Origin: Octopus sinensis
Lineage: Eukaryota
Length of the DNA stretch: 64,000 nt
Assembly: GCF_006345805.1 (NCBI RefSeq)
Contig: NW_021835470.1
Coordinates: 1-64,000, forward strand
Direction: 5' to 3'
Below, piece after piece: positions 24,780 through 36,857 of the stretch. The first letter of the stretch is position 1. Each line of letters starts with the position of its first letter. Position numbers and translations under genes: made by a program. The notes beneath the pieces were generated by a model. That model was not told where the DNA came from, searched no databases, and was given only the letters and a program-made list of their open reading frames with translations.

Positions 24780-24962
24780 TCTAGCTATATGATATGAAAC
24801 TGTGCTGTATCTCTTTAATTTCAACCTTGTCCATTAAAAAAAGCACACTGTCCGAAATACTGGATTTTCCACTCACCACTCCAAGAGCTCTGTGAGTACA
24901 AATTCAACTATGACATAAATGGGTGGGGGACATAATACACTGCCTTGTTTAACACCAGATGT
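24780..24962 (-). pseudogene. Degenerate LINE reverse-transcriptase fragment
   Basis: TSGVKQGSVLCP resembles the GV.QG..LSP motif; the rest is decayed. Confidence 0.45.
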
Positions 24963-24964
24963 AC

Positions 24965-25012
<48 letters not shown>

Positions 25013-25266
25013 AGTGTGTATGTATATGTGTGTGTGTGTACACGTTGACACACATGGGTCTCTGTCTGTGAGTGTGTATATAACTTCAATTTGGAAAGAA
25101 AGCAGTGATCTAACGTATTGCTTCAGGTCCTTGGTACAATTAGGTATATTTGAAAAACAAAAAGAATGACTTCACTGGTAGTGCTAATCAGTTTAATTTA
25201 TTATTATTACTACGAGATGTACTTGTATAGCAATTGACTTGATCTGAGATCATGTGCTGCAACGAA

Positions 25267-25270
<4 letters not shown>

Positions 25271-25356
<86 letters not shown>

Positions 25357-25364
25357 ATATATAT

Positions 25365-25413
<49 letters not shown>

Positions 25414-25490
25414 TAATATATATATATATATATATAAATATAAATATATATATAATATAATAAATAAATATAATATATATATATATTATA
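25271..25490. repeat. (TA)n microsatellite
   Basis: Direct. Confidence 0.95.
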
Positions 25491-25671
25491 TAAAAGGGCT
25501 TAGTAAAATAAATTACTTTGCCGCATACTGAACTCATTAGAAATAGCAGCAAAAAACTTTTTTAAAACTATTCTAATACTTAAAGAAAACCTCTCTCATA
25601 TAGTGTTTGCTCAATTCAACGCACGAAAGTATGGGGGTAGAGACATTAAAAAATCAAATGCAAAGGTTATT

Positions 25672-25724
25672 TGAGAACGTACGTTTCAAGATTAGTCAAA
25701 CTCGACACTTCTATCATCAGCTCA
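25672..25724 (-). ncRNA. Type I hammerhead ribozyme motif
   Basis: Minus strand TGAG-CTGATGA-stem II-GAAA-CGTACG-TT-CTCA; stem I TGAG/CTCA; palindromic stem III ACGTACGT. Confidence 0.82.
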
Positions 25725-26245
25725 GAACTCCCTGGTTTGGATTTGAAAACACTGAAAGTGGGAGCATACCCTTTCGGCTTCTTATCGCTTCTGAAGATCT
25801 GCTCGAAACTAACAGTGCCAGCAAACTCAAATATGCAAGCGAAGAATTTCTGCTCTCCCCTTTCCACCAGCGTGGGTTAAAATCAGTAAACACTATGCTT
25901 TTTTCGGTAAAATCCGAGGCATTAAATAGAGAGAGATGAATTATAATTTCAACATTGAGGGTAAAATTAATTAATTAATCAATTTCACCAAGTATTCAGT
26001 ATGCAAAGGGACCATTTAAGGCGAATTCAAATTATTACATTATATAAAAGGGCTTAGTAAAATAAATTACTTTGCCGCATACTGAACTCATTAGAAATAG
26101 CAGCTAAAAAAACTTTTTTAAAACTATTTCTAATACTTAAAGAAAACCTCTCTCATATAGTGTTTGCTCAATTCAACGCACGAAAGTATGGGGGTAGAGA
26201 CATTAAAAAATCAAATGAAAAGGTTATTTGAGAACCAGGGAGTTC

Positions 26246-26298
26246 TGAGCTGATGACAGAAGTGTCGAGTTTGACTAATCTTGAAACGTACGTTCTCA
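26246..26298 (+). ncRNA. Type I hammerhead ribozyme motif (inverted copy)
   Basis: TGAG CTGATGA CAGAAGTGTCGAGTTTGACTAATCTT GAAA CGTACG TT^CTCA; predicted cut after 26294. Confidence 0.82.
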
Positions 26299-26578
26299 AA
26301 TAACCTTTGCATTTGATTTTTTAATGTCTCTACCCCCATACTTTCGTGCGTTGAATTGAGCAAACACTATATGAGAGAAGTTTTCTTTAAGTATTAGAAA
26401 TAGTTTTAAAAAAGTTTTTTTAGCTGCTATTTCTAATGAGTTCAGTATGCGGCAAAGTAATTTATTTTACTAAGCCCTTTTATATAATGTAATAATTTGA
26501 ATTCGCCTTAAATGGTCCCTTTGCATACTGAATACTTGGTGAAATTGATTAATTAATTAATTTTACCCTCAATTGTTG

Positions 26579-26627
<49 letters not shown>

Positions 26628-26667
26628 TGTGTGTGTGTGTGTGTGTGTGTTGTGTGTGTATAGCACA

Positions 26668-26797
26668 GTTGAAACACTCCTGTCACAAACTGGGAACTTG
26701 AAGACTGGCTTTAATACAAAAAAGTATACTAGTCCTTTAAAATTTGATATTCAATATTTCATTTATTCAATAAGACAATCCATACTTCATTTCATTT

Positions 26798-26847
<50 letters not shown>

Positions 26848-26866
26848 TATATCCTACATTAATATT
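26668..26866 (+). mobile_element. Short repeat family J with degenerate HHR-like core
   Basis: Homologous to 28087-28323; TTGAAGA...AAAA GTATAC TA GTCC at 26698-26735; interrupted by (TA)n. Confidence 0.6.
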
Positions 26867-26919
26867 ATAAAGAATATAAATAAAACATAAAAAACAGAGT
26901 TGGAATTCCTATTATCCTT

Positions 26920-26978
<59 letters not shown>

Positions 26979-27634
26979 CATATATATATATATCGTATGT
27001 ATGCGCGTATGTGTGTTGTACGTACGTTCCATTCTATTGTATTATTCATCTGCTACACTATCGGCCAAGAAGAAATTAGTTCAAATATTTCTGGAATAAA
27101 CATACAATGATTAGGCGTAGTGGGGTGTCTAAGTTCTCTATTAGTTCTATATCCGGCAATCTTTCATTCTGAATATCTGTATAATTTCCATCTCGTCTCT
27201 TGTATCTTGCACTTCCAGACTTCGTTCTTTCATGGGAGTATTCTGATATAGTTTAATACTAAAATCCTTCGGAGGTCTTCCTTCATGAATTCACTCACCG
27301 TTTCACTCATGTGCACTAGTTCATGTGTGTATGTGTGTGTTTAATTGTTGTCATTTATCTACACGATGATCTATATTAACATATTTTCATACGTTATGAA
27401 CCTGTTACACACACACACACACTTATTAAGACATGTACAAATACAAACTATAAACAAACGTCTGCATTGATCCCATCGATACGTAATATTGTGAAGATGA
27501 ACAGATACTACGGATATACACAGACATCTCGCGACCATAGACAAGCCCACACACGAAGACGTAGACGTACGCATTCGCACACAGGTAGATATACATACAC
27601 ACACGCACGCACGCACACACAGACGTATATATAT

Positions 27635-27926
27635 AATGGCCTAGTGGTTAGCGCAGCGGACTCGCGGTCGCAGGATCGCGGTTTCGATTCCCAGACCGGG
27701 CGTTGTGAGTGTTTATTGAGCGAAAACACCTAAAAGCTCCACGAGGCTCCGGCAGGGTGTGGTGATCCCTGCTGTACTCTTTCACCACTCTTTCTCCCAC
27801 TCTTTCTTCTGTCGGCCTGCTCGCTTAGCCAGCGGGGTGGCGTCATTCGAAGGCTAAAACAATGCGAAGTGAATTGTGACCAGCGATGCGTAACAACATC
27901 TGATGGTCTGGCCGGTCACGTGATCA

Positions 27927-27930
<4 letters not shown>
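27635..27930 (+). mobile_element. SINE family B, tail B1
   Basis: Reverse complement of 4862-5157; flanked by (TA)n. Confidence 0.88.
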
Positions 27931-27965
<35 letters not shown>

Positions 27966-28086
27966 GACGTCTTTGTGTTATCAGATGCTAACGTTTCGTA
28001 ACTGTTCGTGTTCTGTCGCTTTTTCTCTCTTCTCCGTCATAAGATTGGGTGAAGTTGACTCGGATAAAAATATATCAGATCGAGTT

Positions 28087-28323
28087 CAAGAAAATATACT
28101 AGCCCCTTAATATTTTATATTCAATATTTCATCTGTTCAATAAGACAATCAATACTTCATTTCATTTTACTATATTTATACTATATATTCTATACTCTAC
28201 ATTAATATTGATTGTCTTATTGAACAGATGAAATATAGAATATAAAATATTAAGGGGCTAGTATACTTTCTTGCATTAAAGCCAGTTTTCAATGTCCCAG
28301 GTTGTGACAGGAGTGTTTCAACT
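28087..28323. mobile_element. Family J element with internal inverted duplication
   Basis: 28087-28153 pairs with 28206-28273; minus strand GGGAC-A-TTGAAAA..GAAA GTATAC TA GCCCC at 28254-28298. Confidence 0.65.
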
Positions 28324-29497
28324 ACATATATATATTATACATTATATATACACGTATGATATACATTCACACCAATACATAAGCACATATACAATCATGT
28401 ACACGCCCCCACATACATACATAGTCACTTATGTACGTAGTACAAACACATCTTTATGAACATACATATATATACTCACGTATACTCTACAAAAAACCTG
28501 TGTATATTCTAATATTTCCATTAATGCTTGACAAGTTGAAGTTGTGACCTTTCTGAAGTGATTGGATTCGAAGTGTCAAAGGAATATCGGATACATATTG
28601 TCTCTGAAACGTTAACTTCGTTGAAGGATAGTAGAACTCTGTTTATTCATCTTGTGACATTTTAAATCCTAAGCATGAGAGCAAGAATCCCAGTAGATTT
28701 GAGTCGTTGACAGCGCTAATACGCGGTCGAGCCGTATTAATTCCTTAATTCGTTCAACTTTTTTTGTTTTCGTTTTAGTTTTTGTAGTTTGTGAGATGAA
28801 ATAAATTACTAGATACTGACTGGTATCGATTAATAATCATATATAACAAAACACAATATCTAGTGCAGTATATTAAAGTTCAAATATATAAGTTTCTTAT
28901 TAATTGAAATTAAATCGTTATGCATGTTTTAGTTTCCACCCATCTGCAAATAATTAATACAAATGATAGAAAGCATTGTATTCGGCGAGTCAAACCTGTG
29001 TGAATTTTATGCGAGCTACCTCGAGATACCTCATGCAAGTGCTCCTACTTATATTTGAGGAGCCTTCTCTTGTTATTCTTTTGTTCAATTCAGCAATCAT
29101 TTTTTTTTTTTTGTGTGTGATAACTTATTTATCAATCTGTCTGTATTTCTTGTTGATCTCAGCCTTTCAGTTAAATTTGTCTATTGTTTTCCGTGTTTTA
29201 TGTGTATATTTTGATTTGGCTTTGGATCTCTGTGACCATAAAAGGAATCATATCATTGCTCTATAATGTTCAACTCTTTAACAAATTTAAATGTTTTGAT
29301 TTAAACAAACTGATCTATGAAACAAAATAATGATAGTTTTGAGTGCTAGGCTTCAAACACCGTTTACAATCAAAAAAACTTAAAGACGTACCGAAATGTT
29401 TAATATGATATACACAACGACAAGAAGATAAACAAATTTAAGCATAAAGATATAAAGGATATTGACAAAACAGGGAACATAATAGGCACAACAATTG

Positions 29498-29499
<2 letters not shown>

Positions 29500-29535
<36 letters not shown>

Positions 29536-29615
29536 TAATAATGATAATAATAATAATAATGATAATAATGATAATAATAATGATAATAATAATGATAATG
29601 ATAATAGTAATAATG

Positions 29616-29647
<32 letters not shown>

Positions 29648-29710
29648 AATAATGATAATAATAATGATAATGATAATAATAATAATAATGATAATAATAA
29701 TAATAATAAT
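29500..29710. repeat. (AAT)n/(GAT) trinucleotide repeat
   Basis: Direct. Confidence 0.96.
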
Positions 29711-30465
29711 ATCGTAATTATATAAGACGTCGCAACATATCCTTATATTGTGATGTAGATTGAAGATATTGTGTGTACCGGGGATTTATATTTTCTGATA
29801 CATCACAGCGAGGGAAGAAAACGTGCATTTTTCATTATCAGAAATTTTCTTTCATCAGCTGCCAATCAGATAAACTTATAATTTCGACACCTTGTATATA
29901 CATACTCATATATATGCGTGTGTGTGTTTGTGTGTGTGCGTGTGTGTGAGAGAGAGGGAAAAAGAGATTGAATGTGTATGGATGCATAAGAGCCTAAGAT
30001 TAGCACCAATCTATAGACATAATTCTCATCTTCCAGTATCGGAATATGTACTTATGTGACACACGCTCGTGTGTCTCTTAGAGTGCGTGCGCAGGAAAGA
30101 ACATTTTTTTTCCTTTTGGAATTGCAGATAACGGTGATGTTTGTCTGAAAAATCACATGACAGTTCTGAAATATCTAAGCCAAATATTTTGTGTCGGAGC
30201 CGATAGATTCCTATTTCTGAATCTATGTTATCAAGCAGTGAAATGTCAACTTGCAATTTTATATATTTGTATTGTAATGGTGAGAGTAAAGAGGAAAGAG
30301 ATTTAAACAAATACAGGCAAACACTTAGACTACACTTATATATAGATGTATAGAATATTTGATAATCAACTTGAACCACCCATGAATGTAGCAGCGGGTT
30401 ATCCATCATACTTTCAAACAATGGGGGTGAGGAATCATACACATTTACGTTATAGAGTCAGGCAT

Positions 30466-30846
30466 GGAGGCGCAATGGCCCAGTGGTTAGCGCAGCGGAC
30501 TCGCGGTCATACGATCGCGGTTTCGATTCCAGACCGGGCGTTGTGAGTGTTTATTGAGCGAAAACACCTAAAGCTCCACACGGCTCCGGCAGGGGATGGT
30601 GGTGATCCCTGCTGTACTCTTTCACCACAACTTTCTCACTTTTACTTCCTGTTTCTGTTGTATCTGTACTTCAAAGGGCCGGCCTTGTCACTCTCTGTGT
30701 CACGCTGAATATCCCCGAGAACTACGTTAAGGGTACACGTGTTTGTGGAGTGCTCAGCCACTTACACGTTAATTTCACGAGCAGGCTGTTCCGTTGGTTC
30801 GGATCAGCCGGAACCCTCGTCGTCGTAACCGACGGAGTGCTTCCAT
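30466..30846 (+). mobile_element. SINE family B, tail B2
   Basis: Reverse complement of 22291-22674; imperfect TSD ATAGAGTCAGGCAT / ATACAGTCAGGCGT. Confidence 0.92.
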
Positions 30847-32213
30847 CCATACAGTCAGGCGTATATTTCCTTCATATTTTTTTTATTGAACCTTCATTTT
30901 ATAATTATTGCTTGAAATGTGGACATCTACACTACGATGCTATGCTAAACCGATATCAGCTTCTTAATATATAAATTTAAAATGGCGAATATTCTGGATT
31001 TGCTCACAAATACAGGTGAAAACACCTTATTAACTATTAAACATGTAGAAACAATAGTATTTTGTATGCATTTATGGTGAAGCATGAATAAGAAAGAGAA
31101 AAGTGCATAGAATTAATAAAACATTTCTAAATATAAACCTGAACAGATACACACGCACACACACACATACTCACCAACACAAAACATGCGTAAAAGTTAT
31201 ATATGTGTGTATATATATATATATATATAATATATATATGATACAAGAACACCGAATAAAAAGAGAAATGAAAGAGCAAGAGGAAGAGAGAGAAAGATAG
31301 AGAGAGCAAGAGAGAGAGAGAGAGAGAGAGACTGATGCGACAGCTACGTAATGTCTCCCAATTTTAGTATTAGTTTTACACAGCAGAGCATCCTTAAATA
31401 TTGATATACCGAAGAGTGTCCTTAGACATATATTGCGGGAGGCTATTCATGAATAATGACGATAAATAGAATACATGAATAGAAAGTTTGATACATAAAT
31501 GTACTAGCAATAAGGGAACTAAATGATGCGAGTGGACATCTACAGCTTCCGAGATAGAAAGTCAAAGACAATGCTAATAACTTGTATAGAAAGATAAGAA
31601 TCTAATGTGGATGTAGTGAATTCGATTCACGAACCTCACTTTATGTTGTGTTCTTGAGCAAGTCGTTATTTCACGTTGCTTCTGTCCACTCCGCTATAGA
31701 AATGAATTGCGACGTCACTGGTGACAATCTGTTCTCGTCTTTGACTTTCTCTTGAATAAAATCGTTGGTGAAGGGAATGGGAGATTGCTGGTCTTCCATA
31801 AATAACCTTGCCCAGACTTGTGTCTCGGAGGGGATCTTTCTAGGTGCAATCCCATGGTCATTCATGACCGAAGGAGGGGCTCTTTCTGGTATGGGTGTGT
31901 GTTTATGTGTATTTGTGAATGTGAGTGCGTGCACACAAGTGCATGCATGACAGCATGGCGCAATGGTTGTCATCTTCAGACATTTGGAGTATTCTATTCA
32001 ACACCTAGCACAAATGCATTCTGGTCATCATACGTATAAACTTCACACATACATTTACAATCACGCACACACATTTACACTCACGGTCACACATTCACAC
32101 TGATATGCAAACACAAATACACACATACATGCACGCACACACACAGCACATACGTACACAGATGTGTGTGTGTGTTCACAACTCTATGAAATATAGTTTC
32201 GTGTGTAAAGCTA

Positions 32214-32680
32214 CAGGAGTGGCTGTATGGTAATTATCTTGTTTCCCAACCACATGGTTCCGGGTTCAGTCCTTGGGCAAATGTCTTCTACCATAGTCTC
32301 GGCCCACCCAGAACCTTGTGAGGGAATTTGGTAGACGGAAGCCGAAAGAGGCTCGTCTCACACACAAAAACACACAAACACACACACACACACATATATA
32401 TGTGTGTGTGGGTGGGGAGAGTCTTGTTTGTGTTTGTCAACCACCCCCAGCACCACTACCACCACCCCCAGCACCACTACCACCACCACCATCGTTTGAT
32501 AGCGGTTGTTGGTGCGTTTACCTCCTCGTAACTTGACGGTTCGGCAAAAAGAAGCCGATTGAATAAGTACTAAGCTTACAAAAAAATAAATCCTAGTGTA
32601 GATTTCTTCGACTAAAAACAACCCTTTATGAAAGTGCTCCAGCATGGCCGCAGTCAAACGATTGACACGAGTAAAAGAGT
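32214..32680 (+). mobile_element. SINE family A, diverged, with internal (CA)n and (CAC)n
   Basis: AGGAGTGGCTGTATGGTAA..GGTTCCGGGTTCAGTCC head; GTGCTCCAGCATGGCCGCAGTC tail. Confidence 0.8.
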
Positions 32681-33297
32681 TGAAGAATAAATTAGGGGAA
32701 CTACAAAATAAATACTGAATTAATGTAAAAACTGAGGCCAATGTGAATGGCTAATGTCTGACCCTCGAAGGCAGTGCCCCGCCATGATAGTTGTCAAATT
32801 ACATGAAACAGTAGCAAAATAAAATAATACTTCTGGATACACATCAACATAGATATATAGTTTTTACTGTCTTCCAAAAGATTAGTAAGACAAATTCCTC
32901 GATTGTCTGGATAATGTTTACATTTCGCTAAATGTTTATTCAATGGTTTACCTCAAAAACATAGGCAGTCTGTGTGCCGATAATATTTGCAATAATTCTC
33001 CTCTGCTGTGTTTTCACTAGCTGATGGAAATATAGGAAATATATTTCGTTTATTTAACTGTCATGTCTGGAAGATAAGTGAGAAAATGAAAGGATAAATT
33101 ATTTCCTTTCTATCTCGATGACAACAACGCAATTATTGTCATGAACATGGTAGCCAAAAATTACTAATCATTTTAGCCATCAGCTTTTGTATATTAATCC
33201 GTATCGCTGATTATACTCACCACTTCAGATTTTAACATATTCATTTACTTTTAAAATAAGTGTCATTCAAAAGAAAAAATTATCTTTGTCACAACTA

Positions 33298-34305
33298 CAA
33301 TGGTTGGACTAAATAATGGAAACACCTTAAAATTTCAAACAAATTTATTTTAAAACAGTCTCCAGTACTTGTAGTGATAATGGTGGAGGATATCGAATCC
33401 TCACTTGCTTTTCTAAAATGCACCATAAATGTTCAATAATATTGAGATCTGGGGACTGTGGTGGCCACGTAAGATGTTCAACTTCACTAGAATGTTCCTC
33501 AAGCCATTCAGAAACAACTTTAGCTGTGTGAATTGGTGCATTCTCATCCTGAAAGATTGGCTTTCTCTCCTGAAACAGTTCCGCAACCATAGGATGAATT
33601 TGATGAGATAAAATGCTGAAATAATCTTGACTATTAATTCTGCCATGAAGGGAAATCATTGGATTTCGAAGATATTGACCCCTCCCCCAGATTATCACAT
33701 ATACTCCTTCATGTTTAGCAGTTAGAAGGAGGCAGTCTGGGTCAAATGCTTCTTTTGGTTGTCTCCACACGTTTGCTTTTGAAAGTAATTGTTTTCTGAT
33801 TGCTGCCCTCCCGTGAAATCCGGATTTGTGCAGCTCCCAGCGAAGAGGTTTTGTGGAAACTAGGTTCTCGAGGTGGTCGCTAAGTTCTGCAGTAATTTTT
33901 GGATCTGTACTTTTGTGATCCTTTCTAACAATATGCATAAGAGTCCGACGGTCCCTATCTGAATGTTTTGGTTTTCTTCCGGAGTTTTGTTTCGATGAGG
34001 TTTTTCCCTCTTTCTCAAAGTCCGTCATTACTTTCGAGACAGTACCAAACATTTCGGCTGTTTTCGTTACGCTAGCGCCTGCCATACGAGCAGCAACAAC
34101 TTGATCTCTTTGACAGTCATTTTAATGAATTTATTTACCATTTTCTGATAATATCTGAAAAACAAAACGGCGAATTTAGCAAAACATATGAAGCTACACT
34201 AATAATAAATAAAAAAAAAACATAAAAATAAACAAGCTTTTGACGGTTTTATAGATATTTCAAAATTATGATGCTAGGTGTTTCGGTTATTTTGTCCAAC
34301 CCCTG
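33298..34305 (-). mobile_element. Tc1-family DNA transposon, DD36E (Incomer-like), internally deleted, 1008 bp
   Basis: Imperfect ~30-bp TIRs (CAATGGTTGGACTAAATAATGGAAACACCT / AGGTGTTTCGGTTATTTTGTCCAACCCCTG) and TA on both sides. Confidence 0.9.
33345..34085 (-). pseudogene. Tc1-type transposase ORF, 246 aa, catalytically defective
   Basis: NSGRK linker, FQDENAPIH...WPPQSPDLNIIEHLW; segment carrying the first catalytic D (SDES) is missing. Confidence 0.85.
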
Positions 34306-35415
34306 TACATTACCAAACTCCTTACTCTTGTTTCATTCTCATCATCTTATTTTATTTATAATGAAATATTAAGGTTGCAAGCATTCTACTATTGCCATTT
34401 ACTTTTCAAATCAACTACATATGTATCATTAAAAATATTTGTCTCTATAATAGTGTTACCTATTCTATAATTATAATAAATTCTATCATAGTCGCTAAGT
34501 CCCATATTCCAGTGTTCTTTATTCTACAACCAATTTCAAAATACACGTACCAGCAACAAAAAAAATCTATATACTATTCCTACTAAGCTGCGAAATAGAA
34601 AGACAGCTTAGTACAGAAACGCTGATATTTATTGCAAAACTTAATTTAACGGTAATTGATGATGGAACTAATTTCAAGTCATGTCAAGTCTGATTTTCCA
34701 ACTCTTCGTTTCCACATCTCATAAGCCAATCGGCAACCTAAATTATCTAGATGTGTTAATTCGTTTTCAACTTTATATCTTATCATCATTGATATTATAT
34801 TCTCGAAAGTAATATCAATGAGCCCATTTCAACTGAAAATATAAATATGCTTAGGCATCATCAAAATGACTGGCCAGTTTCATTTTCGTTCTCCTTGTTA
34901 AACACGTATTTTTATTAAATACCACGAAGGCTATTTGAAACCTATCTTACCATTATTTGGTATATTTTGATATATCTTTTCAAGAGTTTTCATCTTGAAC
35001 ACTTGTATGAAAACACAACGAAAGTATTAAGCAGAAAACTTCAGTCACATATATGTAGAGTCATGTGCGAGAAGGTTTTAGATGCTTAAAGAAATTCCGA
35101 TATCAAATAAAACAAATCTTTTAAAATGTAAGACACTTGGTTACTAATATAAGACACTTGATTACACATACATCTGTATGTATGTGTGTCTGTGGGCGTG
35201 TGTATGTTTGTGCGCATGTGTATGTACGCGCACGGATATGTGTATGTGACAAATATCGGCGGGCATATCCATTTATGAAGAGCTGGACTCATTAGGCACT
35301 AGCGTAGCCACAAGTGTAAAGTATAAATATGTTTCGTACACAATAGTCTTATTGACCAATGATGATCTTTCTCGGTACTTAATGTACAGAAGTATTGGGG
35401 TACCGCCTTGCAAAC

Positions 35416-35493
<78 letters not shown>

Positions 35494-35499
35494 GCGTTA

Positions 35500-35705
35500 A
35501 TTTTCATCTTTTACTTGATTCAGTTTTTACACTGCGGCCATTGTGAGGCATCACATTGAAGAAATCTAGCCGAAATAATCGGTCACATAACTTAGTTTAT
35601 AAGACTGGTACTTATTCTGTCATTACATTTTTCTGAACCACTAGATTATAGGAACGTAAACAAACCAACACTGGTTTACATGCAGTGGTAGGGACAAACA
35701 CAGAC
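35500..35705 (-). mobile_element. SINE family A 3' half, degenerate
   Basis: TTTTACTTGATTCAG..CTGCGGCCAT..GTACTTATTCT..GGGACAAACACAGAC. Confidence 0.6.
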
Positions 35706-35789
35706 GCGAAGACTAACACGCATATATATACACATACATACACGCACACGCACACACATATAAATATATATATATATATATACACATCC

Positions 35790-35884
<95 letters not shown>

Positions 35885-36413
35885 GCTTGTGTATATACGT
35901 TATGATGTATATGTATACATATATATGTGGGGGGGGCATATATTTGCGCGCATATTTATTTGTATATTTGTATACTTATAGGAACGAGAATCATTTCACT
36001 CTCTATACATCTATCTATTTTTCTCTTTCCCTCTCTAATTTTCTGTTTCTTTTTCTTTCATTTGTTATTCTTCTCCCCCCCCTTTTCTTTCTCTCCACTC
36101 ACTTGTTATTCGCTGTTGTTTTTTTTTTCCTTTTCTTACTTTTGCCTGTTACAACTAAGTTGTATAAGCACATACCAAGAGATTTTGTGCGCGCGCGCGT
36201 GTCTGTGTGTGTTTGTGTGTGTGTGGCAGCATGCATATATATGCATTTGTATATATTTATGTTTTACCTATATATGTCTCTATATGTATGTAGCCATGTA
36301 CCTACGTCAGAATGTTTGGTGTATATATGTATATTATATATTGTGTGGTATGTGTATGTATTGTTAAATATATATGTATTTTAACGTGAAATTTTTTTAA
36401 AAACAGATATATA

Positions 36414-36583
36414 GGTGCAGGAGTGGCTGTGTGGTAAGTAGCTTGCTAACCAACCACATGGTTCCGGGTTCAGTCCCACTGCGTGGCATCTTGGGCAAGT
36501 GTCTTCTGCTATAACCCGGGCCGACCAATACCTTGTGAGTGGATTTGGTAGACGGAAACTGAAAGAAGCCTGTCGTATATATG

Positions 36584-36614
<31 letters not shown>

Positions 36615-36835
36615 ATATATATGTTTGTGTGTCTTTGTTTGTCCCCCTAGCATTGCTTGACAACCGATGCTGCTGTGTTTACGTCCACGTCACATAGCGG
36701 TTCGGCAAAAGAGACCGATAGAATAAGTACTGGGCTTACAAAGAATAAGTCCCGGGATCGAGTTGCTCAACTAAAGGCGGTGCTCCAGCATGGCCGCAGT
36801 CAAATGACTGAAACAAGTAAAAGAGTAAAAGAGTA
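36414..36835 (+). mobile_element. SINE family A, full length
   Basis: Head, CTTGGGCAAGTG, internal (TA)n(TG)n and AGTAAAAG tail all present. Confidence 0.92.
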
Positions 36836-36857
36836 TATATATATATATATATATATA

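Larger units (their letters stand above)
25485..26586. mobile_element. Non-coding HHR-bearing element: 554-bp monomer + partial tandem copy + inverted copy, inserted in (TA)n
   Basis: 25485-26038 restarts at 26039-26235; 26233-26586 is the reverse complement of the same unit; both outer ends run into (TA)n. Confidence 0.88.

Noticed and set aside
25791-25820. Second, opposite-strand HHR-like string CTGAAGA-TCTGCTC-GAAACTAACAGTG
   Set aside because: Stem II cannot pair, the cleavage position is G and there is no stem I; not supportable as an ambisense ribozyme from this copy
25607-25939. 110-aa ORF inside the 554-bp unit
   Set aside because: TTG start, no recognisable domain, antisense to the ribozyme; likely chance
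27975-28045. Minus-strand CGAAACGTTA suggesting another HHR
   Set aside because: No CUGANGA match or stem I upstream
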